Source: Candidatus Omnitrophota bacterium (lineage in GTDB: Bacteria > Omnitrophota > Gorgyraeia > B26-G9). From it: a DNA stretch of 64,000 nucleotides. This document shows positions 18,286-29,800 of this stretch, in pieces. The DNA lies in NCBI GenBank assembly GCA_043805415.1, contig JAZDHZ010000007.1, positions 93,786 through 157,785 on the forward strand, read 5' to 3'. The translations under genes were made by a program, and so were the position numbers. The number at the start of each line of letters is the position of its first letter. Positions within the stretch are counted from its first letter, which is position 1. The notes beneath the pieces are model-generated. The model saw only the letters and a program-made list of their open reading frames with translations, ran no database searches and was not told the DNA's origin.

Positions 18286-20109
18286 TTATTCGATCGCGAA
18301 CGAAAACTTTTTGCTTATTTTTTTATCTTTAATCGTAATTAAAAGCTCCGCTTGATAATCGCCGGCCTGCTCAAATACATGGCTAAAACTTCTTTCCTGA
18401 GAAAGCACCAGCTCTTGGCCGTTGATATTCCAGCTCCACCGCATATCTTTTTCCTGAATGCTTGCTGGAAAAATATTAACGCTAAACTCAACTGGCTGAC
18501 CTAGTTTAGCTTTCTTGCCAGCAGGCATATTGATAACTATATCATGCATCCAAACACTTCGGCAAACAGCATTCTCACTGCCCTCTGTTTTAGCGCTAAG
18601 ACATAAAAGCTTCGGCAGCGCTGCAGCATATGTGGTGCTGAATTCAGTAACATTGCCCGGTAAATTATTTGAACCTTTATCCCAAAACCACTCAAAATTA
18701 AATGTTGGCTGAACTGTGCCCACGGAAAAATCCTGGGCCGTTGCCTGCCAATTTACAGTTTCTTCCAAAAACCCGTTCTGAGGTATGCTTTTTAAAGTCA
18801 TTACGATATTAGAACCTTGCGCGCTAAACATCATATCCAGCGGATAAGCCACTTCATTTTTTATCGGAATTTCATTATCAATCTCTTGTTTACGCTCAGC
18901 TGCCTGGAGGGAAAAAGCCTTGGCTTTATTAATCAGGCGCGTGAATAATTCACCTGCCTTTTGCTTATCACCCTTCCATTGCGTAACTAAACCAGCCTGA
19001 TAAGCGCAGAAATCAGCATAGTCAGAATCAGCAAATTCATTATTTACTTTTTCCAGATAATCTAATCCTTGGTCTATCTGTCCAAGATAAAAAAGATTCA
19101 AAATCCCCAAACGGGTATAGACTTCAGCTAAAAACTGACTTTGCGCGGAACTTTTAATAAACTGCTTATATTCTTCTTGGGCGCGTTTATAATCGCTGAG
19201 TGTTTCCAGATTAAGCCCTCTATCAAAAATTTCCGCTTCCGTAAAAACTTCTTGGCCAAAACTTTTTTCGGCTTTAGCGTATATTTGCTCAGCAAAGTCG
19301 GCGTCTAAGGCCGGGCAAAATCCATAATCGCGAAATTTATCACAGATATTCATCAAAACGATCTTGGCATCAAGTTTAGAATATCTTAGCAAAACAAAAT
19401 CAATATAATGACCATAAACAACAATTGCCATATCAATTTGCCCGGCACTTAGATATCCATCCGCGATTTCCTGTAAACGCCGCGCGGAAGAAGCATCAGC
19501 ATTATTGGCGATTAAATAATCTTTATACGCAACAAATAATTGATTAAGCTGGTGCTTTCTTCCTTCGGAAGCAATAATTTTAGCAACTTCCTGGAATTTT
19601 TTAATATCCCCGGTTTTTTCGGTATACGCGATAACATTATTGACAAAATTATCAAATACTTCCTGCGATGCTTGCTCATTCTCATCACGCAAGTATGCTT
19701 TTTGCGCCAAATACTGCAAATCAATCAACTCTCCAGTTATTGCCGCGCTGGCATATTTAGCTGCTGTCTGAATTATTTGTTCATCCAACTCATCCATATT
19801 GTCATAATAATCCTGCCAAAGCTCTTTTTTTTCCAGGTTATCAAGATACAAGGAATCAGCCAAAGCTAAATAGTATTCAATTAAAAAAATATCATCTGAT
19901 TCTATGGCTTGGGTTTCAAGCTGATTAAAATATTCCCTCAGCCCGCTAAAATCTTCTTTGGAAACAAAATCAACAAAACGAGCTTTTATTTGATCAGCAG
20001 AAAAACCATCTTCGGCTAAACCCAGAGTTCCGCTTAGCATAAAACTTATTAGCATAAACATTACCCACACTAAATCCAATTTTTTGCGATTAAAAACGAA
20101 ACTATTCAT
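18286..20109 (-). CDS. Secreted TPR-like helical-repeat protein with a C-terminal PKD/Ig-like domain
   Basis: Signal peptide; helical repeats rich in Y/A/L; C-terminal SFSHVFEQAGDYQAELLITIKDK resembles the PKD consensus. Confidence 0.45.
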   Translation of the reverse strand: MNSFVFNRKKLDLVWVMFMLISFMLSGTLGLAEDGFSADQIKARFVDFVSKEDFSGLREYFNQLETQAIESDDIFLIEYYLALADSLYLDNLEKKELWQDYYDNMDELDEQIIQTAAKYASAAITGELIDLQYLAQKAYLRDENEQASQEVFDNFVNNVIAYTEKTGDIKKFQEVAKIIASEGRKHQLNQLFVAYKDYLIANNADASSARRLQEIADGYLSAGQIDMAIVVYGHYIDFVLLRYSKLDAKIVLMNICDKFRDYGFCPALDADFAEQIYAKAEKSFGQEVFTEAEIFDRGLNLETLSDYKRAQEEYKQFIKSSAQSQFLAEVYTRLGILNLFYLGQIDQGLDYLEKVNNEFADSDYADFCAYQAGLVTQWKGDKQKAGELFTRLINKAKAFSLQAAERKQEIDNEIPIKNEVAYPLDMMFSAQGSNIVMTLKSIPQNGFLEETVNWQATAQDFSVGTVQPTFNFEWFWDKGSNNLPGNVTEFSTTYAAALPKLLCLSAKTEGSENAVCRSVWMHDIVINMPAGKKAKLGQPVEFSVNIFPASIQEKDMRWSWNINGQELVLSQERSFSHVFEQAGDYQAELLITIKDKKISKKFSFAIE

Positions 20110-20149
20110 GCGCGATCACTTCCTTTGGTTTTGTCTGATTATTTTTACT

Positions 20150-21439
20150 TTATTTTTTGCCTGTTTCTTTGTCCTGTTCAGGTTCTTTATCCTGATATTC
20201 TTTATTCCAAAGCTTACGCAAAACATAATAAGCTTTCCTTGGGTTTCTTTTATTTAAACCATTGGCATCAAGCTCAGGATCTAAGCCCACAATCCCGAAC
20301 CATTCTTCATTCATATTCTTGTCCGCTTTAGCGTCAAAATCATATGAACCCATGCCCCAAGCAGCGACATTATCATGAACCCACCAGCTGTTTCGATCGC
20401 TTTCCGAGCTTTTCCACCATTCATCATTCCATTCAAATACAACTCCGCCCAGACAATTACCCACTCCCTCGCCGCCATCCATGTTGTTTTGAATGTCAAG
20501 CCATTGACTTTTCAAAAATTTTGCCTGGTTTTTCTGATCTTCTTGTTTTTTCACCATATTATAGGCGTCACAGCCAAACTCGGTTAAAATAACCGGCCGG
20601 TCAAACTTACGTTTTACTTCTTTAAAAAAGTTGCCAAATACCTTACCGCGATAGACAATACATCCAAGCAAATCAATATCCGGACAATTTTCCGCTGCTA
20701 TTTTCAGACCAACAGTCTCACCATTGCCTAAAGAGACCAGATGGATAGGATCAATTTCCTTTATTTTTTTAGCCAGTTCATTAACAAAGGAATAATATAT
20801 TTTAGCCCGCGCGTCTCTTTTTTTGCCAAAACTATCCATTGCGTCGATTTCATCGCTTGACCAGGGATTTATTCTGCCGTCAAAACTATAATTATTTTCA
20901 TTGCCTAAATTCCAGATTAGTATTCCAGGGGTATCTTTAAAATATTCTACTGTATTTAAGACTTTCTCCGTGATTTCTTTTCTAAACTCCGGATCAGCAT
21001 AATTAGCAGGAGGATAATCCCAAAAACCAAGCGTATAGCCTAAAATAGTCCGAATCCCGTATATCTTATATAAGTCCTCAATCATTGTCCGACAAAATTC
21101 CAGCTCATCTCCGCTATGATAGAGTCTGATCGTATTCACACCCATTTCTTTCATTAATTTTCCATCAACTAACCAGGGTCGCTTCGGGTCGCAGACAAAA
21201 TTATATAAAATTCCCTGCTGACCTATGGGCACTGGGGAATAACAAACCCCTTTTACAATAAACGGTTTTTTATCAACAATCAGCTGATAGTTATATTTTT
21301 GTTCATCTTCTCTGCTTTGTTTTTTAATTTTTATTTTCTTAATATAAACCTTACCCTTAGGCTCTTGTTTTAACAGACTGCATCCTGTGATTAATAAAAA
21401 AATTAATAATAACGTAATTTTACGAATTTCCATATTCAT
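20150..21439 (-). CDS. Lipoprotein glycoside hydrolase, clan GH-A TIM-barrel (GH5/GH72-like catalytic motifs)
   Basis: Lipobox LLITGC; WNLGNENNY (acid/base NE motif) and ILTEFGCDAYN (nucleophile TE/SE-x-GC motif as in GH72); paralog of the 23063..24955 C-terminal domain. Confidence 0.55.
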   Translation of the reverse strand: MNMEIRKITLLLIFLLITGCSLLKQEPKGKVYIKKIKIKKQSREDEQKYNYQLIVDKKPFIVKGVCYSPVPIGQQGILYNFVCDPKRPWLVDGKLMKEMGVNTIRLYHSGDELEFCRTMIEDLYKIYGIRTILGYTLGFWDYPPANYADPEFRKEITEKVLNTVEYFKDTPGILIWNLGNENNYSFDGRINPWSSDEIDAMDSFGKKRDARAKIYYSFVNELAKKIKEIDPIHLVSLGNGETVGLKIAAENCPDIDLLGCIVYRGKVFGNFFKEVKRKFDRPVILTEFGCDAYNMVKKQEDQKNQAKFLKSQWLDIQNNMDGGEGVGNCLGGVVFEWNDEWWKSSESDRNSWWVHDNVAAWGMGSYDFDAKADKNMNEEWFGIVGLDPELDANGLNKRNPRKAYYVLRKLWNKEYQDKEPEQDKETGKK

Positions 21440-21550
21440 ATTAAAAAAACCTTTCCCCTGATTTTAAAATTATTACCCAATACATCTCTTCACTCTTGCT
21501 TTGAAAAATCACCCATCTAAGCTAAATTACAATCTCATATAGCAAATAAG

Positions 21551-21585
21551 GGTAGGAACTAGAATCAGGCCCCTACCCTTACTTG
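21551..21585 (-). terminator. Candidate stem-loop (taagggtagg-N15-cctaccctta) just downstream of the 21608 stop
   Basis: 10-bp perfect stem; the minus-strand downstream sequence is only moderately U-rich. Confidence 0.3.
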
Positions 21586-21607
21586 TTGATATTTATCAAT
21601 CTAATAA

Positions 21608-22297
21608 TTATTTTTCGTAGCGGATATCATCCAGGTAGAAAACAGCTCCATCTGGATTAGAATCAGCATTAGATGCCCAGCAGAAACCGCCATTTATATA
21701 GGACAAATCAACATCTGTCAAATCAATAGTATATTGCAGCCAGTCAGCAGTAAGGTCAATCGGCCCAATTCCTACAGAATCAGAATCGCCATAAGTTCCT
21801 CCGATACCGCCCATTTTAAATTCCATGATGCGTTCATTACCAACTTTACCTTTTGCCCAGAATGTAATTTTTTTTGCTCCGCGCAGATCAAATCCGCCTT
21901 TTTTCTCACCCCAGTTGTTTGCCGGGTTCTGCCAAAATACTCCGGCCCAATTTGCCCCTTGTTTGCCTTTCGCGGTATAAATAAACTCTATACAGGTCTT
22001 TCCCTCATGAGGAGCTACAGCACAATTAAGATCCATTTTTACATCCCCGGAATCTCCCATCCAACCCGAAGGTATATAATGATTTACTCTATCGCCTCTA
22101 TCTTTATATACATAGAAATTTCCGTCCTGAAAATCCCCGGCTTTACCCAACAGTACTTCATCCGCTGCTTCATCTTCCAAATCCTGCGCGGCAACTATCG
22201 GAGCACAAAGCATCAAGCTCACACATAAAATTGCCATAAACCAAACTAACTTTTTCATCCCTTCCTCCTTTAAATGAGCGCTTGACTTACGGAGCAT
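21608..22297 (-). CDS. Secreted carbohydrate-binding-module-like beta-sandwich protein
   Basis: Signal peptide; GANWAGVFWQNPANNWGEKKGGFDLRGAKKITFWAKG...FYLDDIRYE; paralog of 22396..23022. Confidence 0.45.
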   Translation of the reverse strand: MLRKSSAHLKEEGMKKLVWFMAILCVSLMLCAPIVAAQDLEDEAADEVLLGKAGDFQDGNFYVYKDRGDRVNHYIPSGWMGDSGDVKMDLNCAVAPHEGKTCIEFIYTAKGKQGANWAGVFWQNPANNWGEKKGGFDLRGAKKITFWAKGKVGNERIMEFKMGGIGGTYGDSDSVGIGPIDLTADWLQYTIDLTDVDLSYINGGFCWASNADSNPDGAVFYLDDIRYEK

Positions 22298-22395
22298 TTT
22301 TGCGGCGTCAAGTCAACCAGCTCGAATTTAGTCCGAAATGTCTGCGGCCTAGCAGGCACTTTCGGAATCATTATTAATTCTAAGCCATTAAACTA

Positions 22396-23022
22396 TTATT
22401 CATATTTTATATTATCCAGGTAAAAAACACAACCTTTTCGATTATGCGCCTTAGTCAGAGCAAAACTAAACCCAGCAAAAATATACTTCATATTTCTTTG
22501 CGAAACATCCACGGAATACTGTTTCCAATCGGGAGTTAATACCACTGGCCCAATCCCATGATTATCAGAGTCAGGATAATTCCCTTTTAAACCGCCTAAT
22601 CTAAAAACAGCTATATGTTCACCTCCTTTTTCTCCTCTGGCCCAAAAAGTAAGCTTTTTTGCAAAGCGCAGGTCATAGCCACCCTTTTTCTGCCCCCAGT
22701 TACCCGGAGGATTAACCCAGTAAAGGCCAGCCCATCCAAAGTCTCCGGTTGCGTCATATTTTATCTTAACACAGGTATTGCCGGATTGAGGATTTTCCTT
22801 ACACCCCTCATCAACCACAATCGCCTGTCCATCACCAATAGTCTGGGAAGGGAAAAAACTGTTTTCCTTTGCCTCTTTATCTGAATAAACTATTTGCTCA
22901 GTAATCGCCGATACTTGCGCTTCTGGGGCTGGTTCTTTGTCTAAGTCTTGCTGCGCAACGGCATAACTATTTATAGCAGCTATCAAACTGACCAATAATA
23001 TCAGCAAGAAAATCTTTTTCAT
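22396..23022 (-). CDS. Secreted carbohydrate-binding-module-like beta-sandwich protein (paralog)
   Basis: DFGWAGLYWVNPPGNWGQKKGGYDLRFAKKLTFWARG...FYLDNIKYE; collinear with the 21608..22297 protein. Confidence 0.45.
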   Translation of the reverse strand: MKKIFLLILLVSLIAAINSYAVAQQDLDKEPAPEAQVSAITEQIVYSDKEAKENSFFPSQTIGDGQAIVVDEGCKENPQSGNTCVKIKYDATGDFGWAGLYWVNPPGNWGQKKGGYDLRFAKKLTFWARGEKGGEHIAVFRLGGLKGNYPDSDNHGIGPVVLTPDWKQYSVDVSQRNMKYIFAGFSFALTKAHNRKGCVFYLDNIKYE

Positions 23023-23062
23023 TTTTATCTTTTTCCTTAATTTGCCTGATTGCTAAACAATC

Positions 23063-24955
23063 TTATCCCTCAACCCAAATCTTTTGCAATTCAAAGTAAG
23101 CTTTTTTAAGCTGCCGCATAAACGGAGAATCTGTTCCATCGCCTTGGCTGGTAATCCCAAACCATTCTTCATAATACCATCCGTCGACAAACGGTCCGCC
23201 GCAATTAGGGGTAACATCCTGAATTATATCCGGAAATCCCGGAGGAGCTCCGGTCTTCCACCACTCATCAATAAATTCAAACACAACCCCTCCCAAAGCA
23301 TTGCCAGCACCAAAACCCGCGCTGTTTTGCGCAATATCCTGCCAATTGTTAACCAGATAATCAGCCTGAAAGTTTTCAGCATATTCCCGGCTGTATCTAT
23401 GCCCATAAGATGGACATCCATATTCTGTGACCATTGCCGGTTTATCAGCAACTTCCTTAATTGGCAGCCATAAATTAAAATAGCCAAAACCATGCTTGCC
23501 TCTATAGGCATTTACTCCTAGAATATCAATGTCCGGACAATTTCCCGCGAAAATATCGAGAAAATGGATATCGCCATTGCATAAAGCTACCGGATGATAG
23601 GGATCAACTTCTTTAATCTTTTTTGCTACTTCATTTACAAAATGATAATAAGCTTCTGGGTTTTTAGGTGAATTATTGGCTATCCCATAATTATTTTCAT
23701 TGCCCAAAACCCACATCAGCACACACGGTTCATCCTTATAGTTATTAACCATCTTCATTACTGAATCAAGCATATTACTCTGATGTTCTGGATTAGAATA
23801 GTCAGTTCCCGGAACCCAAGAAGCCTTTGAACCAACCGCGTACATGCCCAGGAAATCACCAATAATAATCCGAATACCATAGTCCTTATATAAATCTACA
23901 AACAGCTGCTTGTTTTTTACAAAATCATGGTGGTAAACTCTTAACACATTTACTCCCATATCTTTCATAATCTGAAAATCACCAATAGCCGGCTCATCAC
24001 CTTCCTGGATATTGTTCCTGTTCTTATCAATCCAAGCGTCATAAGGACCATCAATCTTATTATTTTGGTTCTCATCAGATAAAGACCAATCTTTTAATGT
24101 GCCGATATCCGGACTCTGTCCGATCTTAGTTGGCTGATAAGCCATGGCTTTGATTATAAACGGCTGACCGTCTACTTTCATCTGCCAATGACCATTTTCA
24201 TATTTTGTCAAAGTAACATGCCCATAGACTTTTTGTTGTTTGACTTTCAGGCTGGACATATTTATTTTTTTATCCACTACCTGATTGGGCTCAACCTTAA
24301 TTAATTTTCCAGGATTAATACTAAACACATCGTTTCTTAGATCTTCATCGTATCTATTTTCAATCGCGATCCTGGCATCAACCAGCTTAATTCCCAGTTC
24401 AGGATATTTTTTAGTTAAATACATGATTCGATCTAAAGCTGCCGGTCCGACATACCAGGGAGTTCCCCAGTAAGTAACACCCATGCTCTTGGGAAAATGT
24501 ACTGCCGCGGCATAATAAGCTTTTATTGCCTGGCTAATATGCCCGGCATTTTCCAATATTTCCGCGGTATAAAACAGTTTTATTCCCTGATCCTCAGCAG
24601 CGGTTGCCCATTTATAAAATGCCGCCTGATAATCAAAAATATTTACAAATGACCAGTGGCTGCCCAGGAGTTTTTTCGCTTTATTAAACTCCTTGTATTG
24701 AGGATCCTTGGTTACATTGGTATTTGGGAATATGCCTTCGCCAACCGCGGCAGATAATCCTTTGGGATCTTTTAATTGGTATTTATATTTGGCTGTATTT
24801 AGATTCTTAAACTCTCCGTACTTTTCATAATCGATAATAATTTCCGGACCCTGATTCTCCAATTTAAAAGTCGGCTCAGGCAGCGCGAAAACATCGCTCA
24901 AATTATAAATAAAACTAAGAATTAAAAATGTAAAAACCAGTTTTTTAAACCGCAA
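23063..24955 (-). CDS. Secreted glycoside hydrolase, clan GH-A TIM-barrel with an N-terminal accessory domain (630 aa)
   Basis: Signal peptide; WVLGNENNYG, MVTEYGCPSYG and GVVFEFIDEWWKT blocks parallel the 20150..21439 protein. Confidence 0.55.
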   Translation of the reverse strand: MRFKKLVFTFLILSFIYNLSDVFALPEPTFKLENQGPEIIIDYEKYGEFKNLNTAKYKYQLKDPKGLSAAVGEGIFPNTNVTKDPQYKEFNKAKKLLGSHWSFVNIFDYQAAFYKWATAAEDQGIKLFYTAEILENAGHISQAIKAYYAAAVHFPKSMGVTYWGTPWYVGPAALDRIMYLTKKYPELGIKLVDARIAIENRYDEDLRNDVFSINPGKLIKVEPNQVVDKKINMSSLKVKQQKVYGHVTLTKYENGHWQMKVDGQPFIIKAMAYQPTKIGQSPDIGTLKDWSLSDENQNNKIDGPYDAWIDKNRNNIQEGDEPAIGDFQIMKDMGVNVLRVYHHDFVKNKQLFVDLYKDYGIRIIIGDFLGMYAVGSKASWVPGTDYSNPEHQSNMLDSVMKMVNNYKDEPCVLMWVLGNENNYGIANNSPKNPEAYYHFVNEVAKKIKEVDPYHPVALCNGDIHFLDIFAGNCPDIDILGVNAYRGKHGFGYFNLWLPIKEVADKPAMVTEYGCPSYGHRYSREYAENFQADYLVNNWQDIAQNSAGFGAGNALGGVVFEFIDEWWKTGAPPGFPDIIQDVTPNCGGPFVDGWYYEEWFGITSQGDGTDSPFMRQLKKAYFELQKIWVEG

Positions 24956-25007
24956 TTAAATCATCCCTTTCATATATCCGCCAAAATACTCAAAAAATCT
25001 TATCCGC

Positions 25008-26447
25008 TTAACAGCCGCGGCGTTCTTCCAGTATCCTGCGCACTTCCAGTGCTTTTTCTTCTGTTCCTTTAAAAGTAAAAATTGTTATCACCGCGATCAG
25101 TGAGGTTATCATCGGAACACTGATATCAAATACTCTTAAAAGCAATAATGTTTTAACTGTCTGCTGTCCGCCCAAATCAACCCTAAAGCCAGTCGCATTA
25201 AGCAGATGTCCTGACATGGCAAAAGCCAAAGCCATGCCCAGCTTTACCATCCACCAGTATATTGATCCAAACATGCCTTCTCTGCGTTCGCCGGTTTCCA
25301 ATTCATCAACATCGCAAACATCAGCCATCATCGCTCCCATTAAGGTGAAAAGCCCGCCAAGACCAAAAGCAATAAACGGCGCGGGGATAAGCAGCATTTT
25401 CGGATGCCCCGGCTGATAGCAAAACCATTTCATCGCGTATCCAATAATCGATACAGATGTTGAGAAAATAAAAGCCTTTCTTTTTCCTATTTTTGTGGAA
25501 ACCCAAGTAATAAAAGGAATTACACAAAAAGTAGAAATCGATGAAACCGTGCCGAATAAGCCCATATATGTAGCTCCGGCATCACTATTACCGCCAAAAA
25601 CATAATAAATAATTACATATGAAGAAAACGCGGAAACCAGCATAAAACCATTAAAAACCAGGAATGTTGAAGTGCAAAGCTTAAGAAATGGCTTGGATTT
25701 AAGCGTAATCAGAAACCCTTTAAAAAACTTTACAATATTTTTACCCAGACCAGCAATAACTACTGTTTGTTTATGCTTGGCGTCTTTTATATTGCCAAAT
25801 CTTTCTTTACAGAAAATCGCCGGCATTATCCCGGCAACCATAACAAATACTCCGACCATGATCGCTAATCCGCGCGCGCCTTCCACAGGATTAGCAAACC
25901 ATTTATCATTTTCCATGATTTTCCAAAACCAGGGAGCAATAACCCAGGCAAATTGACCAATCCAGTTGCTAAAACCCATAACCCGAGTACGCTCATGATA
26001 ATCCGGCGTCATTTCATATCCCAGGGCTACCCAAGGCGTAGCAAAAACAGTATAGGCAAGATAAAAAATTATCGATACAATCAGAAAATACCAAAAATAA
26101 AAATTTTCGCTTCGCCCGGAATGCAGCTGCCACATCATCGCAAAGATAATTCCTGAGGATATCGCGCCCCAAAAGATATATGGTTTGCGCCTGCCGAAAC
26201 GCGATCTGGTATTATCAGAAATATATCCCATGATCGGATCAGTTAAGGCATCAGTAAGCCGCGGCAATGCCATGAGCGTCCCAACCACTGCCGGATTTAT
26301 TCCCAGTCCGAGATTCAGCACAATCGCCATACAGCCAACAGCAGCTCCCAAAAGATTATTAACTAATCCCCCAATGCCGTACACTAATTTCTGCCCAATA
26401 CTTACACGATCTTGGGGAGCGGTCTTCCAATCCTTGATCTCACTCAT
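25008..26447 (-). CDS. MFS glycoside-pentoside-hexuronide (GPH/MelB-type) sugar:cation symporter
   Basis: GPH signature DNTRSRFGRRKPYIFWG; ~12 TM helices. I took the start as the internal ATG at 26447 (MSEIKDW) because AGGAGC lies 5 nt upstream; the ORF-track start at 26525 has no RBS. Confidence 0.7.
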   Translation of the reverse strand: MSEIKDWKTAPQDRVSIGQKLVYGIGGLVNNLLGAAVGCMAIVLNLGLGINPAVVGTLMALPRLTDALTDPIMGYISDNTRSRFGRRKPYIFWGAISSGIIFAMMWQLHSGRSENFYFWYFLIVSIIFYLAYTVFATPWVALGYEMTPDYHERTRVMGFSNWIGQFAWVIAPWFWKIMENDKWFANPVEGARGLAIMVGVFVMVAGIMPAIFCKERFGNIKDAKHKQTVVIAGLGKNIVKFFKGFLITLKSKPFLKLCTSTFLVFNGFMLVSAFSSYVIIYYVFGGNSDAGATYMGLFGTVSSISTFCVIPFITWVSTKIGKRKAFIFSTSVSIIGYAMKWFCYQPGHPKMLLIPAPFIAFGLGGLFTLMGAMMADVCDVDELETGERREGMFGSIYWWMVKLGMALAFAMSGHLLNATGFRVDLGGQQTVKTLLLLRVFDISVPMITSLIAVITIFTFKGTEEKALEVRRILEERRGC

Positions 26448-26552
26448 TTGAGCTCCTTCCCTATTTTTGTAATTAGCGGCGATCTTCGTCCTTGCTTTAA
26501 TAAACTTTACGAATATTTTCAGCAATTTTTTTGGATCAAGCCCTGCTTAAGT

Positions 26553-26584
26553 AAATAAAAAAGCCCATATAAGTTTATATGGGC
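26553..26584 (-). terminator. Rho-independent terminator (minus strand)
   Basis: Perfect 9-bp stem gcccatata/tatatgggc with a 4-nt loop; on the minus strand it is followed by TTTTTTATTT. Confidence 0.5.
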
Positions 26585-26829
26585 GTGACAATTTTATGAT
26601 TAATTGACAAACTATTGAATATAAATTGTTTTTGCAAGTAACAATTAGACATATTTTTCCTTTGAAAACTTAATTTCGGGGAATTTCCTTCCTTATATAA
26701 ATAGGTATTAATTGAACCCTTTTTATAACATAAATCAACTTTCATGTCAAGCTGAATAAACCTTGCGTATTTTTGTACTGATATTAAACCGTAAACAGTA
26801 TGTTTTTTATTATCCTGCCCTAAACATTA

Positions 26830-29800
26830 TCAAATCGCGCTTTCGATCCGCGGCGCGGTTTCAAAAGATCCATTGTCTTGTTGGCTTTTAAACGGGAAAA
26901 CATTGAAAAAGCCTTCATGTTCTTTTGTTCCTAAAACAGACAAGATTTCATCGCTGATCATTTCCGTGTTTTTTCCGCTGATATAGATCACCCGGTTCTT
27001 CTGCACATCCACTCGGCCATTAACCATGTCCATCCCTTCGGGTATGGTGTATAAGTCCATATCCGCAATAACATCCAGATCAATCGGAATATTCAGTGAC
27101 CTTTCCTCCGGGGTCCCGCTTAGTATGAACTGGAACAACCCCGGGGTGTCCTGCCAGAGCCGCGGGCCAATAGCGTAGATAACTCCCCGCCACATTTTTG
27201 AATCTTTAATGTCTTTTCTTTTTTCCAAAAGAAATTGTTCAATCATAGTGTAAAACCGGGGATCATTGGCAATGGTGTGGAGGAATTTCATAAAACTGGT
27301 ATGGCTAAATTTTGCCTGAATTTCGCGGCGCAGCGTAATAGACTGAGCATCAGCCGCGTCCGCGGGCAGATCAATCGACATATTATCGATAAACAAAGTA
27401 TCTTTCGTAAAATCCATTCTTTTCGCGAGAAAATCGCGGGAAAAATCAATCAAAGCTTCTAAATATTGTTTTTTAAATTTTTCCAGTTTTTTTATATTTC
27501 TTCTTACTTCCGGGTCAAATATTTTTTGAGGATCAACCTTATCCCAGTTTATCCCCTGAACAGCCTTTTCCAAAGACATTGGGCCTCTTTCCGTGATCAC
27601 ATCAAAATCCTTAAGCATAAAATAGCCCAGTGCCCGAATAACATCGCCGACAACAATGTTTTTATAACCTTTGCGGCTGCCGATTTTAAATGACGCCGGT
27701 ATCCGCAGGGAACCGGCAGTCCCGCCGATAGTCAGGGAAACAAACTCTGCCTGCGGCTCAGGAATACTTAATTTTCGGATATTAGCCTGTATCGGCAAAT
27801 ATATTTTAAAGATGGCACAGGGTTGGGTCGTTTTTTTATACGGCGCAGCCGGTATTACCTCCCAGCGGCCGCCGCTAATATGCGTAATTTCGGAAAAAAG
27901 GGCTAAATTGCAGCAATACTTACTGTCTTTGCTAACCACATCCACTTTCGGCCGAATCGCGTAAATCTCGATCGCCAATTCCCGGTTTTGTTCGCGCACA
28001 TCTATTTCCACTTCTTCGGCCCGGGAAAAAGCCGCGCTATTGAGAAATTCACTAAGCATAATCCGCAAACCAGACTTATAACTCAGCACTTCGCCTAATT
28101 CGCCGGTCTTATTTAAAAAATTAATCCGTAATTTGCCTGCTTCCGGCAAGCGGTGCCGGAAATCGGCAATGATCTCCTGGATCGCAGTCTTGACCTCAAA
28201 ACTTTCCGTGGTCCGGTAAGAATAAGCCAGGATCTCCGTGATCTTACGCATTAAATCCGTTGTCCTGCTCTTCAAATCCTCGGCCGTAATCGTATGAATA
28301 ATATTATTCAGAATATTGATCAGCCGGCCTTTTTCCACTGTATTGTTCAGCAGATACTCCCGCTTATCATCCTCCAATTGCTTAACAATCGCGGAAGCGT
28401 TGATCAAGTCACCCCTTTTCTCTAGCTGATCAATCGCCGTTAAGATATGGGTGAAAATATTAACCGCCATATCCTGCGTGATCGCTAACTCCTTTTGCAG
28501 ATTTTCCCTGGTCTTACCGCTGGTAATCGCCCATTTAACCATAGAGTTATTTTCAGCGTTTTGTAAATACGACATCAAGGCCTTGACGATTAACAGCTTC
28601 TTCTTTAACGGATATTTGCCGATCATGAAATTGGCGATCATTAAGGGAGAAAACTCTTTGATTTTTCCTTCCTTAATGTCTGATTCGATTTGGCGTCCGG
28701 CTTCCCTTACTGTCTTGACCATATCGCGCAGCTCTTCTTGAATGACATGAACATCCGCTGCTGCCAGATGATGTTCCAATTGTTGACTGGAAATATTTTT
28801 AAAGGCCTCAATCAGATTAAAATCCGATGATAGATATTCAAGCTCAGATATCCGGTTATGAACTTCAAACACGTTTTGTCTTTTGGCCCGCAGAATTTTC
28901 AAAAAATCCGACAAACCAAATCCTTGCGTTCCGGCGCGATATTTGCGAATATAATTACTTATGTCCCTCAGCAGACGGCCGTAGGGCGCAACTACTATCT
29001 TACCTTTCGGATTATCTTTGAACCAGGAGCGGATAAGCCTTATTTCCTGATAAGCCTTTCTGCTCAGTTCATGCAAACTTTCTATATCGCGGTTTAACAC
29101 CTCCAGCCGGCCGACAACCGGGATTTGCATTGTTAATTCAACCCATTGTTTTTTTTGTTCATCGATCAAAAGCTGTACGTCGGTATTACCGCCGCCCGCG
29201 GCGATCGAGCGCCGCAAGTTCCAAAGATCCGTATTTAAAGAGTGATCATGGGTAAACAATTCAAACATGTAATATATGGACCCCGGGGCAATATTTTCCC
29301 CGTCATATTTAACCCTTAATTCTAAAACATTATAAACCGGTTCCAGTAATTCTCCGGCCACATTTATTGATTCTGCCGTGATAAAAACCTGCTTAGCTCC
29401 GCTGCTGAGCGCGTTTTTAATGATCGTGTTCAAATACGCGCTGAATTCTTCACAAACAACGACTTCGCTTTTGCGCGGCATTTTGTTATCCCAAAAAATA
29501 GTGATCCCAGGGCGTTTTCTCTCGAATTCTTTTTTGCAATTACCGATCAATTCGTCAAGATCCTGCCGTTTAAATTTTAAGGCCCCGCTGGTTACCGTGC
29601 TGAGGATATCAAAATTATTGGTTGCTTCGCGGAAACGCGCTATCCCGGATTCAATGATACTGGTATATTTCGCGGCGTGAGAATTCTCTTTTAAATCCCC
29701 CCAATATTCTTCCAGCTTTTCAATATACCTGCCCATCTGCTCCTGTAATTCATAAACGTATTCGTCGGCGCTGATGCCTTTGGTGAAAATTTCATCTTCA

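Noticed and set aside
21734-22228. 164-aa plus-strand ORF
   Set aside because: Antisense to the CBM-like secreted protein gene 21608..22297; no RBS or motifs.
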